This document shows, one piece after another, positions 39,501 through 54,500 of a DNA stretch of 64,000 nucleotides. How positions within the stretch are numbered: position 1 is the first letter of the stretch; each line of letters opens with the position of its first letter. Source of the DNA: Mytilus edulis (taxonomy: Eukaryota); contig NC_092346.1 in NCBI RefSeq assembly GCF_963676685.1, positions 3,286,001 through 3,350,000 of the forward strand, in the 5' to 3' direction. Made by a program: the position numbers and the translations under genes. The notes under the pieces are model-generated. The model searched no databases. It was not told the origin of the DNA and saw only the letters and a list, made by a program, of their open reading frames with translations.

Positions 39501-42500
39501 CCATGTGCATCGTAGATTTGTGATGAAAATAAATTAACAGCTCTGCATTTTCGAGCCAAATAACCTGTACTTTAGGAATGAGACGCTTTGCGTTATACAT
39601 TTTGAATATAAGCCGCCAGTAGGGAAGATTCATATAGCCTACCTCATAATTTTGGAAACTTTTGTTTAATCATTGGAATTGTTTTGGTTTGAAGTGGTGT
39701 TATCCGTTTTACTTTGAATAATGTGCTTCTGATTTCAGTTTTGAATTTATCACTATTTATGTAATTACTTTGCTGTTTTCTTACTTTGTTCCCTGTTCTT
39801 GAAATACCAGCTAAGAAAATAACATATGACAAAAGCAATGCTACACATAAGTTCATCAGTGTTTGTGTTCTTTCATTTCTTACATACCTGAAAACATGAC
39901 AATATAGATCGACATATGACAGGTAAAAGTCTAGATTCAACATATGATTGCATCCGTATCTTTAAAGATAGAGTCCAAATAACTATTTAAAAGGGACACA
40001 TTTTCGATCAAAACTTTGTTATTGTAAAGTTATAACTGCTATACTGTTACACGAGGGCAATTAAAACACAAGCCCAATAACACATCAAGGTCAAAACGAA
40101 AATTGCAGAAAAGACAACAACACTAACTCAACACTTCATATGCACATAAAGATTGAACAACATAAAACCCTTTCAAAGTCGGAAGGATTTATGTCGTTTT
40201 CAGTTATGGCAAATGGAAGGAAAATTTGACGAGGTTATGATTGCTAGCAAGTTTAATACATGTGTAGATATATTTAAATTAGTAATTGTTTTGTTCATAA
40301 AACGTTTAAGCACAAGGACTTCGAATTTATCACATTAAATCTTATATGCAAAATTTTCTTTTTAGAAGTATTTCTCTTATTAAGTAAATCATGAATAGAT
40401 TTGCTTGTCCAGAAATGTTGTACATGTTGTATGAAAATGAAAACGTTGTTGAAAGCGACAAAATTCAAATCAATTTTTTATTCGAGAAGTTCTTAACCGA
40501 CATTCATTGTCAAGCTCACGATATCACAAAAGATATGAAATATTAAATCATAATTTGCTCTTGATAATTATATTCCAACAGTATAACAAGTGCGATTGCA
40601 TTAAATACTACCATCGCATCGTTTAGGGCCATCTCCTGATGGTTACGTATATTGACAAGATTATTAAGAAGCTTATCAATAAATCAACAAGGTATTAACA
40701 TTATCAGAGAGGGACGAACGATACCAGAGGGACGGTCAAACTCATAGATTTAGAATAAACTGACTACGCCATTTCAAAGAAATAAAAAGACAAACAGACA
40801 AACAATTGTACACAAGATTCAACAAAGACTAAGCAAAACAAACCCCATCAAAAACTGGGGGTGATAACAGTTGCTCCCGAATGGTGAGCAGATCAACATC
40901 AGTATGTGGCACCCGTCGTGTTAAATATATTTCTCAAAATATTTTATGATGAAAGGCATTCACATGCAGTTATCTTTTAAAGAAATTAAAGTGTATTCCT
41001 GACTAAAAGCATGACTTTTTTGTAATCAAACTAACAATGAAGCTTAGCTATATTTGCGATAACATTTTGAGAGGGAATTCGATGTTTTCTATACCACTGT
41101 TCATGTCAACGCACTTCATGACAATACCACTAAACCAATCAAAATGATTTTTTTCCAGTCTTTGAAAAAAGATTTTACTTTATCAAGTAACATTTGTGAA
41201 AAGTTTTATAACTACGAAGTTTCTGTATAAAGTTAATAATTATGTATACATTTGAAGCCCAAATTTGGTGTTGCCTTAAACGCATATGTCTCCTATATCA
41301 TTACAACAATCCCCTTGAATAAGACTATCAACCGGGTTTGTAATAACATGGGCAACACGACGGGTGCCACATGTGGAGCAGAATTTGCTTACCCTACTTT
41401 GTACTAGTTTGGCTTTATAACTATTTTGATCTGAGTGTCACTGATGAGTCTTATGTAGACGAAACGCGCGTCTGACGTATTAAATTATAATCCTGGTACA
41501 TTTGATAACTCTTACCTTTCCGGAGCTCCTGAGATCACATCCAATTTTCTTTTGAAGTATTCGAGTTTTCTTTGTTGTGTCTGGTGAACTATTATTTGTC
41601 GTTTTCTTTGTAAGTCACGACTTTGACAGTTTATGTTTTATCTATTATTTGACTGTCCCTTTAGTATCTTTCGATCCTCTTTTAAAATATCTGACATGTT
41701 CGCCCTACTCAGTTTAACCATTGTTACTTGTTATGATGTGGTTCTGTTTTTGTTATGGAATCTTACGCAATATGATTGGATTAAGCTTTTATTAGTTTAC
41801 CTTTATACGGTTTACGTTTTTATACATGACTATTGATTAAACAAAAATTTGAATAATTGTGTACAGTAACTTAAATTACCTTAGAGCTGGACGCTGAATG
41901 AGTCTAGATTATAATTTATCAATGAAAGTAAAGGTTTGAAAGGTAAGAATTGCCACTACTTCTATTTGTATAAATTTCTATGAATACAAAGTTAAAAAAA
42001 TATCTATAGTAGCTTACTATGTTGAAAAACATGTACGTAATATTAAATATATAAATGAACTGCAATTAAACTAAAGTTTGATTGAATGATTAGTGAAAAG
42101 TCTTTCCTTGCTTCTCATAATACAATTAATGCTGTTTGACAACAACAACGATGATTTCAATACGTATAACTTACCTCCAAAGAACCATATGTATCAGAAT
42201 TGTAATGACTAGAAACAAGATTGACACTCCACATCCGATGGCTGATATGACACTCAATGGAATATAGTGAGACGATGGCTTGTAAAAAGTGTAAAATCAT
42301 ATTTAGAACACAGATTTGTATTTTAATAAATGTATAATTGTGAATAATTTTTTAAATTATATATACTGCTTACTAGATAAATGATAAATCGATGTTTCGG
42401 CATGAATAATAAAAAAAGGGAAAATTCAAAATTCAATCAGTATAAGAAAGACTAAATATTCATACTCTTACGTTAAAATGAAACTGAGAATGCATTGCGT

Positions 42501-45500
42501 GAAAAGGAAACGACGATAAGACAAACAAAAGTCTACATAATACCTCACTTATTTTTTATTTGAGAATACAATCATTTTCTAAAAATCTTTAATTTCAAAA
42601 AATTGAATTTGTATCAAAACATGATCAATAGTTCCGATTCGATGACAACTAGCCCAAATTCTCTATTTACTAAGTTGTAACTTAGTATAACCAAAATGTT
42701 TCAATCCAAAATGATTTAAGAAGAGAGTTAAAGGATATCAAAGGAACACTCAACCTAAAGTAAAAAATACGGACAAACAATAAAACAAGCCACATAACAT
42801 CAACATGGTATTTCTTCAATAGCAAAAAAGATCAAACAATTTTCACTCACAACTATTGTTTTAATCACATTTTTTTACTTCCTGGGGAGTACTCGAACCC
42901 TTTAAATGTCATAACGTCATTTAAGCATACATAAATATAAGTAGATGCGGTTTGATGTCATTGAGACAACTCACAATCGGTTTGCAGATTTTTCGAATTT
43001 GGAAATATATTCCAAACTACGGTACTCTAATTTGTTCTGATTTTTGTATTTAAACTTGAGATACCCGAATTGTATATAATTCGCAGTCAGCGTAAAACGA
43101 CGTGGACAGAGAGAAGACGGCATTAGTTTGTCCACAGTGGGTTAGTGCAAATGACAAAGTCCACCTTGAGTGTAGTGTACAGATGTTTACGATTCTTCTT
43201 ATTGTGAAACGTACATAAAAAAATTGGTAGTTGTAATTACATATAAATACATATTGCTTAAGTCAAAAGATGTACAAATGTTTACGATGTATCTTATTGT
43301 GAAACGTAAATAAATCAATTGGTAGTTTTAATTGAACATACTGTTTTCCCTGGGCTCATCAATATGGCAAAATTAGTGGTGTGATTATATTCACATATTG
43401 TGTATGAATCTGAAGCGTCAACAAGTCGTGAACCAAAAGAAGACCACGCTCCATAAACAGTATTTCTACAAAACAAATTGTTTATTGAATAAAGAGTTCT
43501 AAATGCTGAAGTTGAAATCATCCATTTCAAAATCCGACGGACACCATCTTACACACAATTTACTACGAATATGTTTAAAATGTCAAAACAATAATCATGT
43601 TCTCTTTTCCTAAAAAGGTCACATACCGAATGAAACTTATTAATGCGTTCCTAATTGTATGAGCAACATGATACACATAGACCAGGTTCAATGACACTTT
43701 GGTAACATTTACTATCAAGCAATCATTGTTAAAGGTTTATGTGTTCAGTCTTTAGTTTTCTATGTTGTTCATATTTTGATTGTTTTTCAACATTGTATTG
43801 GTTGATTATTGTACCGTATTATAAAGTAACAACTATGAGTGTACAGATTTTTTTTTATTTCGCTGATATTGTTGTATCCTCGAGCCTCCTTAAGAGCTAC
43901 ATTCCTTGGTATTATTTGACTATTGCTTATCTTGTATGCAGGTGATTCAAATGATAATGGTCAATTAACAGAACTTTAATATTAAAAATCAATCAGCTGA
44001 AAGCAAAACAATAATACATGGAAAAGCAGAACTAATATCAATCAAAATTTCCATGTTAAGTTTTAAAAGAGTTCTTCAGGGACGGACTAGGTTAATAGAG
44101 GGTTGATTGTTCTAGAACATGCCCGATGTTCTCATCCTAGATTTTCAGAAGGTAGATTTCACCCATCATTGTCCTTAGAAAATGCCTGTTCCAAGTCAAT
44201 AATATGACAGTTTTTTTCCACAAGATCCTTTGCAAATTGTGTTAGACTTCCCTTTTATGATTTAGAGTTCAGTATTCATGTTTTTGTTAATACGTTTTTG
44301 TTTTATTACATGTATGTAAGCAGACGATAGGATGTTTTTCTCTTGTTTTGTAATGTTGTGGCATGCTGCAAATTAGTATGCAGTTTCTGATTTGAATGTT
44401 GTTTCAGGCAAATATCTAACATGCTTCCAGTATATAGTTGTCACTTTTCACCAATACACATGTTCTTAATGTATAAAGACTTCAAACTTACATAGCACTG
44501 AAATTCCAATGTCCACAAAATGGCATGGACATGTTATCCTTGTTTAAAAGAAAAAAAAGCAATTGTAATTTTCATACTTTAAACTTTTAAATTTTGTATA
44601 TCCAGAACATTTTTAGATTTTGTATAATCAAAACCAATCTCAGTAATCGTAAAGATAGAACAATTCCTTTAACGATATTTTACATTCGTTAAGTATTATT
44701 CGTATGCAAAATAATCATGCTATAGATATAATAGTTTCTTTAGACAAATATGGAACAAAATTCAAACTAGCAATATACTAGTATTTGCATGCGGAATGGA
44801 TCTAGTGAATTTCGCAAAACATTAGATATGTATTACATCACAGTGACCAAACAATATTGAAGAGAGTGTTAAAAATACTGTTACTTACCAAAAGGTGGTC
44901 GAATTTTATAATTACGGTAAAATCTAAGCAAGATGTTCCATGAATCGTAAAATCCGTTATGATAGAATTAACATCATAACTCCCATTAAATGATTTTACA
45001 TTCCTGAAAAATATTTATATATATTATAAATAACAAAGCAAATTAAAATACGTGTGTCGTATCAATTGCTAGTGTAACGGTATTGTGAACAAGCTTTCTA
45101 TAATATTCAATATTCATAAAGAAAGTTGAAGTGTTGCATAGACAGACAACAAGCTATCTTAGACAACAAAGATCGTAGATCACTGACGGGTCTGCAATAT
45201 TTTCTAGACAAGACTGATCACAACAGATGTTTTTTTTCAACATTTTAAAGATAAATTACATTACCAAGAATAGAATTAATAAAAAAATCGTTGATAAGAA
45301 AAAATCAAACGTTTGATTGTATCAACCCTCAAATAATTGGAAAACTGCTATCATTCAATGAAAATATAGAAGCGTGAATAAGAAAACAAGTCGTAGGGTA
45401 AATAAACAAAAATAAATCAGCTTTTAGCTAAATATTTTAAGGTGCATCATGAACATAATTATTTAGTCTTCACTCAACACGTGTAAGTTGTTTCAACAGG

Positions 45501-48500
45501 TGTATATGAATACCTGTTCAGTTGCTTTGTTTAATACACAAAAGTAACATCACAAAAATACTGAACTTAGAGGAAAATCTAATCGGAGAGTCCATAATCA
45601 CAAGGCAAAATCGAAAAACAAAACACATAAAAAACGAATGGACAAGAACTGTCATATTCGTGACTTGGTACAGGCATTTTCAAATGTAGAAAATGGTGAA
45701 TTAAACCTGGTTTTATAGCGCTAATCCTCTCACTCTCACTGACAGTCTCATCAAATTCCGTTATATTTACAATGATGTGTGAACTAAACAGACATAATAA
45801 ATAAAATAGTCGAACTATGGGTACAGCAGTCATCATCGTGTAACAATTTTAAAAAGAACAATTTAACAGAACACAAAAACATCTATCTACACACATTCAT
45901 TGATTCGCGTGTCTGACGTCAGAATTTTTTTTTAATTTAATGCGTTTACCCGTTGAAATTATAGAAGAAACAAGGAATAATGATAGTCTTCTATAGTTTA
46001 CTATAGCAACTTCAAATTAAAAACAAATTACGTTTAGTCCACTTAGGTATTACCAATTAAGTACTTCGTTGACAATACGGTTTTGTGTTTTTACAATTTA
46101 ATGTTGCAAAATGTTTGCATTTGTTTTCGATAAAGGAATATATCTCCCTCATGCAAAGATTTGATTCCTTGTCATATTTTGGCGATACGTTTTGTGCATT
46201 TTAATTTTAAAGCTATTATATTTTAAAAATTTTCTTTTTAATAAATCTGTCGGCTTCAAGCATCACTGTCAAAATGCGCCTCTTGTATAGGATAATTTGT
46301 AACTTAAATGTTATTACCCGTCTAGTATTAAATACTTCGGAAACAGTCCTGAAATACTTTTATAGAATGTGCTGCTATATCCTGTCAAACCTAAAATAGA
46401 AATATTGAAAATCAATTTGGTTACTTCATGAGTAATCGTCATAACATAATCTGAATCACGATTTTTTTCTCTCATTAAAGCACATCAGAGAACAACGGGT
46501 ATTTAATTGCTCCATACAAACATGGATGTTCAGAACGATATAACAAAAAATGATATAAAATAAAAAAAACTTTTAAGTTTAAAATCGACAAACTGAGTAA
46601 GAATTGTTGACATCTTTGTAATCTAAAGCTGTTAAAACGGAAATGTTTATACCATCCGATTCTATGATCGTAAGTATAAGGGTCATATACTTAGTGGAGG
46701 CATATCAAAGTAAATAAAGCAACATACTGCTGTTCGAAATTTAGTAATCGATTTAGAAAAAAAAAACAAATCCGGGTTACAAACTAAAACTGAGGGAAAC
46801 GCTTCTATAAAATACCTATAGCAACGTTATCAGGTTTAAACTGACCACCCTTCTCACAAGAAAAATCCAAATCATTCAGACCTAAAAGGCGGCGATATTA
46901 AATATTTTGCTGATTATATAAAATGTAGTTTAAAAGTAAATCAATGTCTTCTGTAGTATAATTTAAGGACTAATAGGACTTACAAATTTTGAAATTGTAT
47001 GGAGCTCCTTTGCGAGTTTTTAATTAGACAAAACTGACTCAGATGTTAACCTTATATATGTATTGGTGTTATTTTGGTTTCAAATAGAAGGAAAAGAAAT
47101 CTAGAATTTGCTGCAATTTTGGTAAATGTTCTTTAATGGATTTTAAGTCTAATATAAAGAGAAAATGGATGTTATGAGGCGAATATTTTACCCTGTGTCG
47201 TAGTAACAAAATCACGAGGTACTTTTATCTGACAAACATGACTTTACATCACATAATTAAATCCTTAAGAAAACATGTTTAAAAACAAAGTCAAATTCCC
47301 CAAAATACTGAACCCCGGGGAAAAAAATCAAAACTGAAAGTCCCTAATCAAATACCAAAATCAAAAGCTCAAACAAATCAATTTAAAAGACAACAACTAT
47401 CATATTCCTTACTTGTAACAGGCATTTACTTACGCAAAACTTTGTGTTTGAGCTTTTGATTTCGGCATTTGATTAGTGACTTTCCGTTTTGAGTTTTCAA
47501 TGGAGTTGAGTATTTTGGAGATTTTACTTTTTACAATTTTGAGTCATAACAGGTTTCATTGCTACCTTTAATTCAGTTTTTGCTCTCAAGACTATTTTGT
47601 AATTTCTCCTGCAAAACTTTTTTTCTCCCTGGCAATATGAGAGCATCCTATAAGGATATTTTTCGTGAACACGTGCAACACATATACGGAAATACGAAGC
47701 ATACATTTTTTTACTTGTATTTAGATTACTTAAAATTTAACTTATTGAATATTATATCAAGTTATCATGACACAACTAGAGTTGACTGTTCTGTAAACTT
47801 ATTAAAATCAATGTCATATATATATTTAAAATAAATAGACTTATAAGAGTACTCATCAGCTACATTATTGACAAGAGTATCTGAATAAAGACAACAGTAA
47901 TATACCGCTGTTAAAAACTCATAAATCCATGGACAAAAAACAAAATCGGGGTAACAAACTAAAACTGAGGGAAACGCATTAAATATAAGAGGAGAACAAC
48001 GACACAAAATTAAAATGTAACACTATGTCAGTCTTTTTTTCATTTTGCTTTATTCAATTAAACAAAATCGCTGTGTTTTATATTTTCGTGTCGGGTGTAT
48101 ACCGCTTTAATTACGAATGGTCTATGTAGTATCCAAGTTATCAAGAGGTAGCTCGTAAAATATTAAACAACTGCTTAACAATAAAGTATGTTGATTAAAT
48201 TTCATAATGTTCGATCTAGGATTCAAGGAATTAATTATTTATGATACAGTGTCATTTTTGCTTTCAACATGTCATTTATTTACCGCTACATGTGTTCTTT
48301 GTCAGTGTAATTTCAGTCTGTGTTTCTGATATCCACGAGTCTGATGTTTTCAAGCGATCAGGAACATGTATCTTATCCGACGAAGTCTTCCCTATTTGTA
48401 TTACTGAAATAGTTAACTTAATTTCAACAAATGGTTTATGATTAAGATAATTATATAACTGTTTTATATTACAGAGTAATGGTAATAATAACATATTTTG

Positions 48501-51500
48501 TATGAGCTGTATTGGTTCTGTAATGCTTGTTTAAATTACAAAAATGGCAAATTTCACAGAATGACTATCAGAATCAATACATCCAATGTTACTGCTTGCA
48601 TGCTTGGATAACGCAAGGTTTGTTATTTTGTACCAGCAATAATCATGTTAATATGTAAATCATAATTTACAATATACTCATTGGCAATCATACCACATTT
48701 TCTTTTTTATAATAAAACGCTATCGTTAATGCTTTTTTACAACAATATCACGTTTTACGCTAATTTTAAGTTCAGCAATTCTGCCTAAACATTTTAAACG
48801 GCTACCAGAAAAACCCAATATATAGCGAAAATACGACTTACTTAGAAGCAATAATGTTACGATTGACTTAACATTGATTCAATGATATTGTGCATCGGAA
48901 ATGAATGCATTTATTCTTAAACCAGTTGTTTGCATGATACAGGTTATTTTGTATATGTATATGTTATTGATGATATGATGCATCACCCCAAACGTGCGGG
49001 AATGTGCTAGATTTTCACATGAATAAGGCATGATTTTTCAATTAGATTATTTGGGGTCTGCGGCTTGTATGTCAGTAACATCGGACACAGTTTTCTGAAT
49101 TTAACTGTTCGTATTGATGTGTGTGTGTGTCTTTATTCAACATTGGCTTGAGTCATGGGGAAGGTGTGAGATCGCTAAAAACATAATAAGTTCGCTGCAT
49201 GTTTCACCTGTCCCATGTAAGGAATTCCAACCTCTGGCATATATTAGACATGTATGTTTGTGTTATTTTGGTTCTTTATTTGTTTAGAAGTCTAGTGTGA
49301 CGTCATTGTGAAGTGAACTTCAATTGAAAATGGAAATGGTGAATATGTCTAAGAGATAACAACCCAACCAAAGAGCTGATAACAGCCGACGGCGACTATT
49401 GGATATTAAACGCCGCGAGTAAATCCCGCAGCCGGAGATGAGCCTCAGTTGGCCCCTGAACACAGATGTGTAGTTCAGTGAAAATGGACGTCATACGTAA
49501 CCAAAAAACAGAACCAAAATGCGGTAGGGTAAAACGAGTGTTGTGAGATAGCAAAGCCCTTCTGCTACCGCTAGCTAATGTAGAATAAAGAAATACTTAG
49601 CAATACACACAGTAAAACTCATTTCAACAGAAGTCCGAATCTGAATTTTCTCGCTGTGTTGAAGACCCTTTTGTGGACTTTTGCAACTTTGTTTTTTAAG
49701 TTCAATTTGCTGTCGTGTTGACGCTTTCCGCGTTTCCATTCTCAATGTTATGAATGCAGTGGAAACTTGGTCGGGGACGATTAGTACTTATATGAGGGCT
49801 AAATGATATTGGACTTTGTAATTTTAAATATAAGTTTCCATCAAAGCGTTCCTCACTCTAATATTACAAGTTTTGGTTTAAAAAGAACTTGCGTACTGAA
49901 TTACATAAACACTAGTAATTCACAAATTAAAATGATATCCAACAAGAAATTAAGTAAATCCAAAAACTTACCAACATTTTGCCTTGCTACGACAAGGGAG
50001 AATTCACCGTCCAATACATCATTAAATGCTTTGGTATACTCCGAAACTGCGTGTACGAGTGAAGTAATACCACCCAACCCCTGGTAAAAAGAAATAGATC
50101 AAGAATACCGATAAATGTCTAAAGCCAGTAGTGAACCATCGCTTATATGAGCTAGAGGTTTGGCTAGCATTAAAACCAGTTTGAACCCACTTTGTTTCTC
50201 TCAAAATGTTCTATACCAAATAAGGAATATGGCAGCTGTTATTAAGTAGTCAGTTTCTAGTTCATATGTAGATGTTTGCTTTTACTGCACTTCAGCGTGT
50301 CTGCTGTTCCATTGTATCCATTTGATAGTGGATGTGTTTCCCACGGTTTTTGTTTGTAACCCGAATGTGTTTTTCTTTTAAATCGATTTATGACTTTTTA
50401 CTTATACTATTGGTTTTCTCTTTTTTTTTTCTCTCTTTGCCAAAGTACTGCCTTTCTTTCTTTGCATACACTTAAGTTCAATCTTTTCGAGTCTTCGATC
50501 ATTGAAATAAAAAAAACACCTATCCAATTTGACATACATTTATAACATACCTTTCCGCATTGATCAAATTAAGTTTATAATGAACACCAAGGTTCTTATC
50601 CTAAATAGCAAGTTAAACTTAGATGAATGCTCTTTGATTTAATTTACACATATTAAAAACAAGTATATTTTAATAAAATAATACCTAGATTAAGAATCGA
50701 CCATGCAAGTGCTGTATAGTCAGTCAAGGTCGTTAAAAGCTTCCATTTGTTAAAGATTAAGTTAAGAAAAGTAAAATACGAACTGTCAATGAATAAAAGG
50801 TTTAAAATTGAAAACTGAAATGGGGAATGTTTCAAAGAGACTACAACCCAACTATAACACAGAGATCGGTAAACATCTATATAAAAACAGATCGTGCACA
50901 AAGAGATCGATATCTTTACTGTTCAAAACCCGATCGTGCATACTTTAGATCGATATCTTTCTAAAACAAATGATTGTGCACATTGAAATCGGCATCATTC
51001 TAAAAAAAGAATGATTGTGCACACTGAGACCGATGTCATTTCTAATAAAAACCCGCACGTGCATTTTGAGATCAGTGTCAATTCTTTTAAACACCCGATC
51101 GTTCATTCTACGATCGGTATCAATACCTTTAAACACACGATCATGCACACTGAGATCTTTACTAATACTTTAAAAGACCTGATTTTGAACACTGAGATCG
51201 TTACCAATCCTCGAAAACCCGATCGTAAACACTGATAATGGTACCAATCCTTTACACACATGATCGTGCCACTAAGATCGTTTCCAACCCTTTTAAAAAT
51301 CTGATCATGCACGTTGTGATAGGTATCATTGCTTATAAAAACCCGATCGTACATATTGAGATTTCTATTTAAAATTATAAACCTGGACGTTAAGCTCGTT
51401 CCATTGTTGATAGTTTCTGTCGTCTAGTAAATTGTTGCACAGAGTACCAAAGATCTGAAAGAAAAATATGCCTTTTTATTAAATCGATAGCTGTAAGCAT

Positions 51501-54500
51501 TGTTAATCACTATGCTCATTACACGAAAAAGTTTAACAGTTTTTGACAAATTCAACCTTGTTGAAATAAACACAGTTTTATATTAAAAATTCGTAGATGT
51601 ACAAACAAATTGTTGATATAATTTCAAATGAAAGTTGTAGTTAATATTATAAATATGTATTATTTGATTTACTCTCGATATTGTAGTTGAATCAAATAAA
51701 AACAAGAATGTGTCCAAAGTTCACGGATGCACCATTCGCACTATCATTTTCCATGTTCAATGGACCGTGAAAATGGGTAAAAATATAGGTAGGCATTAAA
51801 ATTAGAAAGATCATATCATAGGGAACATGTGTACTAAGTTTCAAGTTGATTGGACTTCAGCTTCATCAAAAACTACCTTGACCAAAAACTTTAACCTGAA
51901 GCGGGACAGACGGACGGACGAACGAACGGACGGACGGACGACGGACGGACGGACGAACGGACGGACGGACAAACAGACGCATAGACCATAAAACATAATG
52001 CCCCTCTACTATCGTAGGTGGGGCATAAAAAACATGAGGAAAATATTGCTCCAAAGACATAAAACAGTATATGCAAATACTAATTTTTAGCGTCGATCTA
52101 TATTCAAGTTTCTTGCACCTTTTCTTACCCCCTGATCAGTTGATACTTGAATTTTTACCTTAAACTCGTCATGTGTAACGCTAAATGATTAGCTGATTGT
52201 AAATAGAACAGGCATTTGATAGCCATCGGTAGTATAATAATCGAAACAATATGAACACATGTACAATTGAGTGGTCAAACGACAACATATGTGAAGTCAC
52301 TTAAATGAGCATTTTAAACAACGTTTATTAAAATTTGTTGGATCATTTTGAACTATATACTAAACATATAAAACTGTTTTATCCCTTCTATTTAATTCAT
52401 TTTTTTTTATTTGTCTACACTAAATACTACTTTGCCCCATAATTATAGTAAGACAACATACACACTTCTTATAAAATTGAAATTAAAAAAGACAGAATGC
52501 TAAAATATATGTTGAAACTCTTTACGGTAATTTTCAGTGCTAACCGACAACAATACTATGTCAATTTCACCTGCTTTGATATCACAATGTCTCTTAACAT
52601 TTTGGTTCCCTATGCAGATTCCGTATATCGTCAATTGATTGTGAACCCTTCTCTATATTGTATTATGATTACGAACAAAATTAGCAAAGATCAATCGTCT
52701 TTTTATCACCAAAACAACATCGGATACAAAAATTTGATAACACTTTAAGATATCTGGATGATATATTGGCTCTCAATAAGAATAACTTCAGTTTGATGTT
52801 CCGGACAAACTTATTTTTTGGACCATACATGTATGGTCATGACTGTATGTGTATAAACTCATATTGGCCAACCATACGCGTATAGTCCTGGTATGTTATA
52901 CGGTGTAAGGAATTACATAATTGAAATTGTGACTAATCAAGTGGTAATCATTGATACAGTTTTAAAAAAGAAATGAATTTTACTCACAAATTAGAGTGTT
53001 GCATGGTCATCGCCGGTTTTCCTTACGAAACACAATATTTCGACTTCGACTATGGCATAAAACTTGGAAGTAATAGCAAAATTAACAGTTCAACAAAAAT
53101 CAACTATTGAACTCACAAGCACTATAGGCATTGTACCCGATTTTTCGTGTTCATCTTCATTTTTGTGATTCGATTTATTTTTACTAAAACTACAATTTCT
53201 TTAATATTTCAAAATATGTTCTTTATTTAGTTATATTTCATGTTCATAGTCATACGATTAAACAATTCCAGAAGATTATACGCAAAATACATAAACATAT
53301 AGGGCAGCAAGCATACACTCCAAAAAAATCAAAAATGTGAGAAAAAAAAGAAGAAACTAGGCGTATTTAAAAAATAAGATAATCTACAACGGAGAAAGAA
53401 GAAAAATGATTATTCCGACAATCAACAGGATAAAGATGCATCAAATTTACTCTAGTGAAGGCAAGCTTAAAAATTGATGTACAACAATTCCGAAAACATG
53501 TAAAATATAAAGAATTTCGGTAAGTAACTTGTGGTGATTTTTATTGGAGAACGAGCTGTGTGTTCCTGGGAAGGAATACAGATTTATTTGCAGAATAAAC
53601 ATATGGCCAAAATTATCATATGGTCGTGCTCAGTAATAACTATAAGAGTATATACACATATGGTCCGACTATACGGTCGAACTATTTGAATATACGTATA
53701 TTGTCATGATCATACGCGTATAGTCCGGAACATGTATATTAAAAGATTTATCCTACTGAAATGATTAATCTAATTTTGCAAAAGAGATGGTGAAATACGC
53801 TTGATTTAACAGCAGTTCTTTACATCTGGTTAGATTTCTCTCATTGCTTCATATAACAACAATGAGTGCAAAAAGTATGAATTGCGTAACTAACCTCTAG
53901 TTGATCAGATGTGTGCTTATCTTTGTGTTTTGTAACATACTTGGCGATACCATTCAATATAGCTGACGAAGAAAGCAGATCACCAGACCGTAGTTCATTG
54001 TTATCTCTAGTTATGTTTTCTAGATCTTTCAAGATTAGGGTCACATTATCATAGTCACTGGCTCCAGCTAATAACTTAGTCTTTATATATGAAAACATAA
54101 CAATTTCTAGATAAATTATATAGAGGTATCAATATAACTGTACTTATTTATCTGTCAAATATCCAAAACATTTTAGATATATATCTCCATGATGTGTGTC
54201 TTTTTGTTATTTAAACTGACGTTGACAATGTAAACTATGTCATTATGTTAGCTTATAAATCAATACAATGGCTATCATTTTCAAATGGTTACTTGAATGG
54301 AGAGTTGCCTCATTGGTGCTTATACTAATATTTATACAATTTATCGCTTTAAAAAGTCTGAAATATGTTATTTATGAATAAGTCATAGTATACTCAGTGT
54401 ACCTGTGATTTGAGATTTTGTATTGATTTACTAATACAATTGCTGTAGTTTGGTTCCTCCCATTTCCCATAGCTACTGCAGTATCTTGACACATAACCTG

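Noticed and set aside
43175-43333. ~60-bp local direct duplication beside the GPS exon donor
   Set aside because: It is an ordinary intronic tandem duplication that does not include the exon or the donor site.
50858-51365. CRISPR-like array or 14-aa repeat protein
   Set aside because: The context is a eukaryotic intron, the units are wholly homologous with no unique spacers, there are no cas genes, and the frame shifts between units.
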